A stretch of 64,000 nt of DNA from an uncultured Verrucomicrobiae bacterium (GTDB taxonomy: Bacteria > Verrucomicrobiota > Verrucomicrobiia > Chthoniobacterales > JAATET01), in the NCBI GenBank assembly GCA_963719495.1, contig CAVRCI010000001.1, forward strand, positions 32,001-96,000. The letters run 5' to 3'. Of this stretch, positions 63,673-64,000 are shown piece after piece (the first letter of the stretch is position 1; every line of letters begins with the position of its first letter). Position numbers and translations under genes: made by a program. The notes below the pieces were generated by a model that was not told the origin of the DNA, did no database searches, and saw only the letters and a list, made by a program, of their open reading frames with translations.

Positions 63673-64000
63673 TCAATGCACCTCGACCGGACACTCCGGT
63701 AGCGCTTTCAAAAACTTCCGCCCATACCCCTTCGACATCACGCGGCTATCGAGGATCACCGCGATCCCCCGATCGCTCGTCGATCGAATCAGCCGCCCCA
63801 CGCCCTGCCGCAGCTTGAGAATCGCCTCCGGCAGCGAATACTCCGCGAACGCATCGCCCCCCGCCTCCTTGATCGCGTCCAGCTTCGCCTCGATCAACGG
63901 ATGATCCGGCATCGCGAACGGCAGCCGCGTCACAATCACGTTCGACAGCGCCTCGCCCGGCACGTCGACGCCACCCCAGAAACTGTCCGTCCCGAAGAGC
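63673..64000 (-). CDS. DinG/YoaA-family helicase, C-terminal part (truncated by window edge)
   Basis: GTDSFWGGVDVPG, RLPF, QGVGRLIRS..DRG, LDSR, YGRKFL. Confidence 0.9.
   Translation of the reverse strand, partial: LFGTDSFWGGVDVPGEALSNVIVTRLPFAMPDHPLIEAKLDAIKEAGGDAFAEYSLPEAILKLRQGVGRLIRSTSDRGIAVILDSRVMSKGYGRKFLKALPECPVEVH

Overview
GC-rich bacterial chromosomal window, most likely Verrucomicrobiota of the Chthoniobacterales/Terrimicrobium type (inferred from a Minf_1886-family gene and gene style; not verifiable here). Most of it is housekeeping: rex, thiG, tRNA-Arg(TCT), a Fur/PerR regulator with sufCBD, deoB, fcl, a stand-alone EF-G, a Na/Pi cotransporter, an M16 peptidase, yebC, rho, a GH57 branching enzyme, hldD, aat, guaA, coaD-DUF177-rpmF-plsX-fabH and a partial DinG-type helicase. 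Accessory parts are a low-GC islet behind the tRNA, a decayed ISNCY-type insertion sequence with 19-bp terminal inverted repeats, a putative nucleotidyltransferase toxin-antitoxin pair after guaA, and an operon of a ~2500-aa surface protein, a DUF3142 protein and a twice-frameshifted TPR protein. Intergenic DNA is dense in several palindromic repeat families and in 7- and 8-mer tandem tracts. The least explained signals are: (1) two long AT-rich palindromes at 22645-22678 and 22810-22867 sharing a covarying 26-bp core; (2) an 87-bp repeat family whose stems covary and which resembles rtT/TRIP elements; (3) a 21-bp motif present in inverted orientation upstream of the Na/Pi transporter and inside the IS; (4) a Pro-rich uORF ahead of yebC; (5) two small ORFs the ORF track does not call. 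No CRISPR array or prophage is seen. All family assignments come from recognising motifs by eye, not from database searches.
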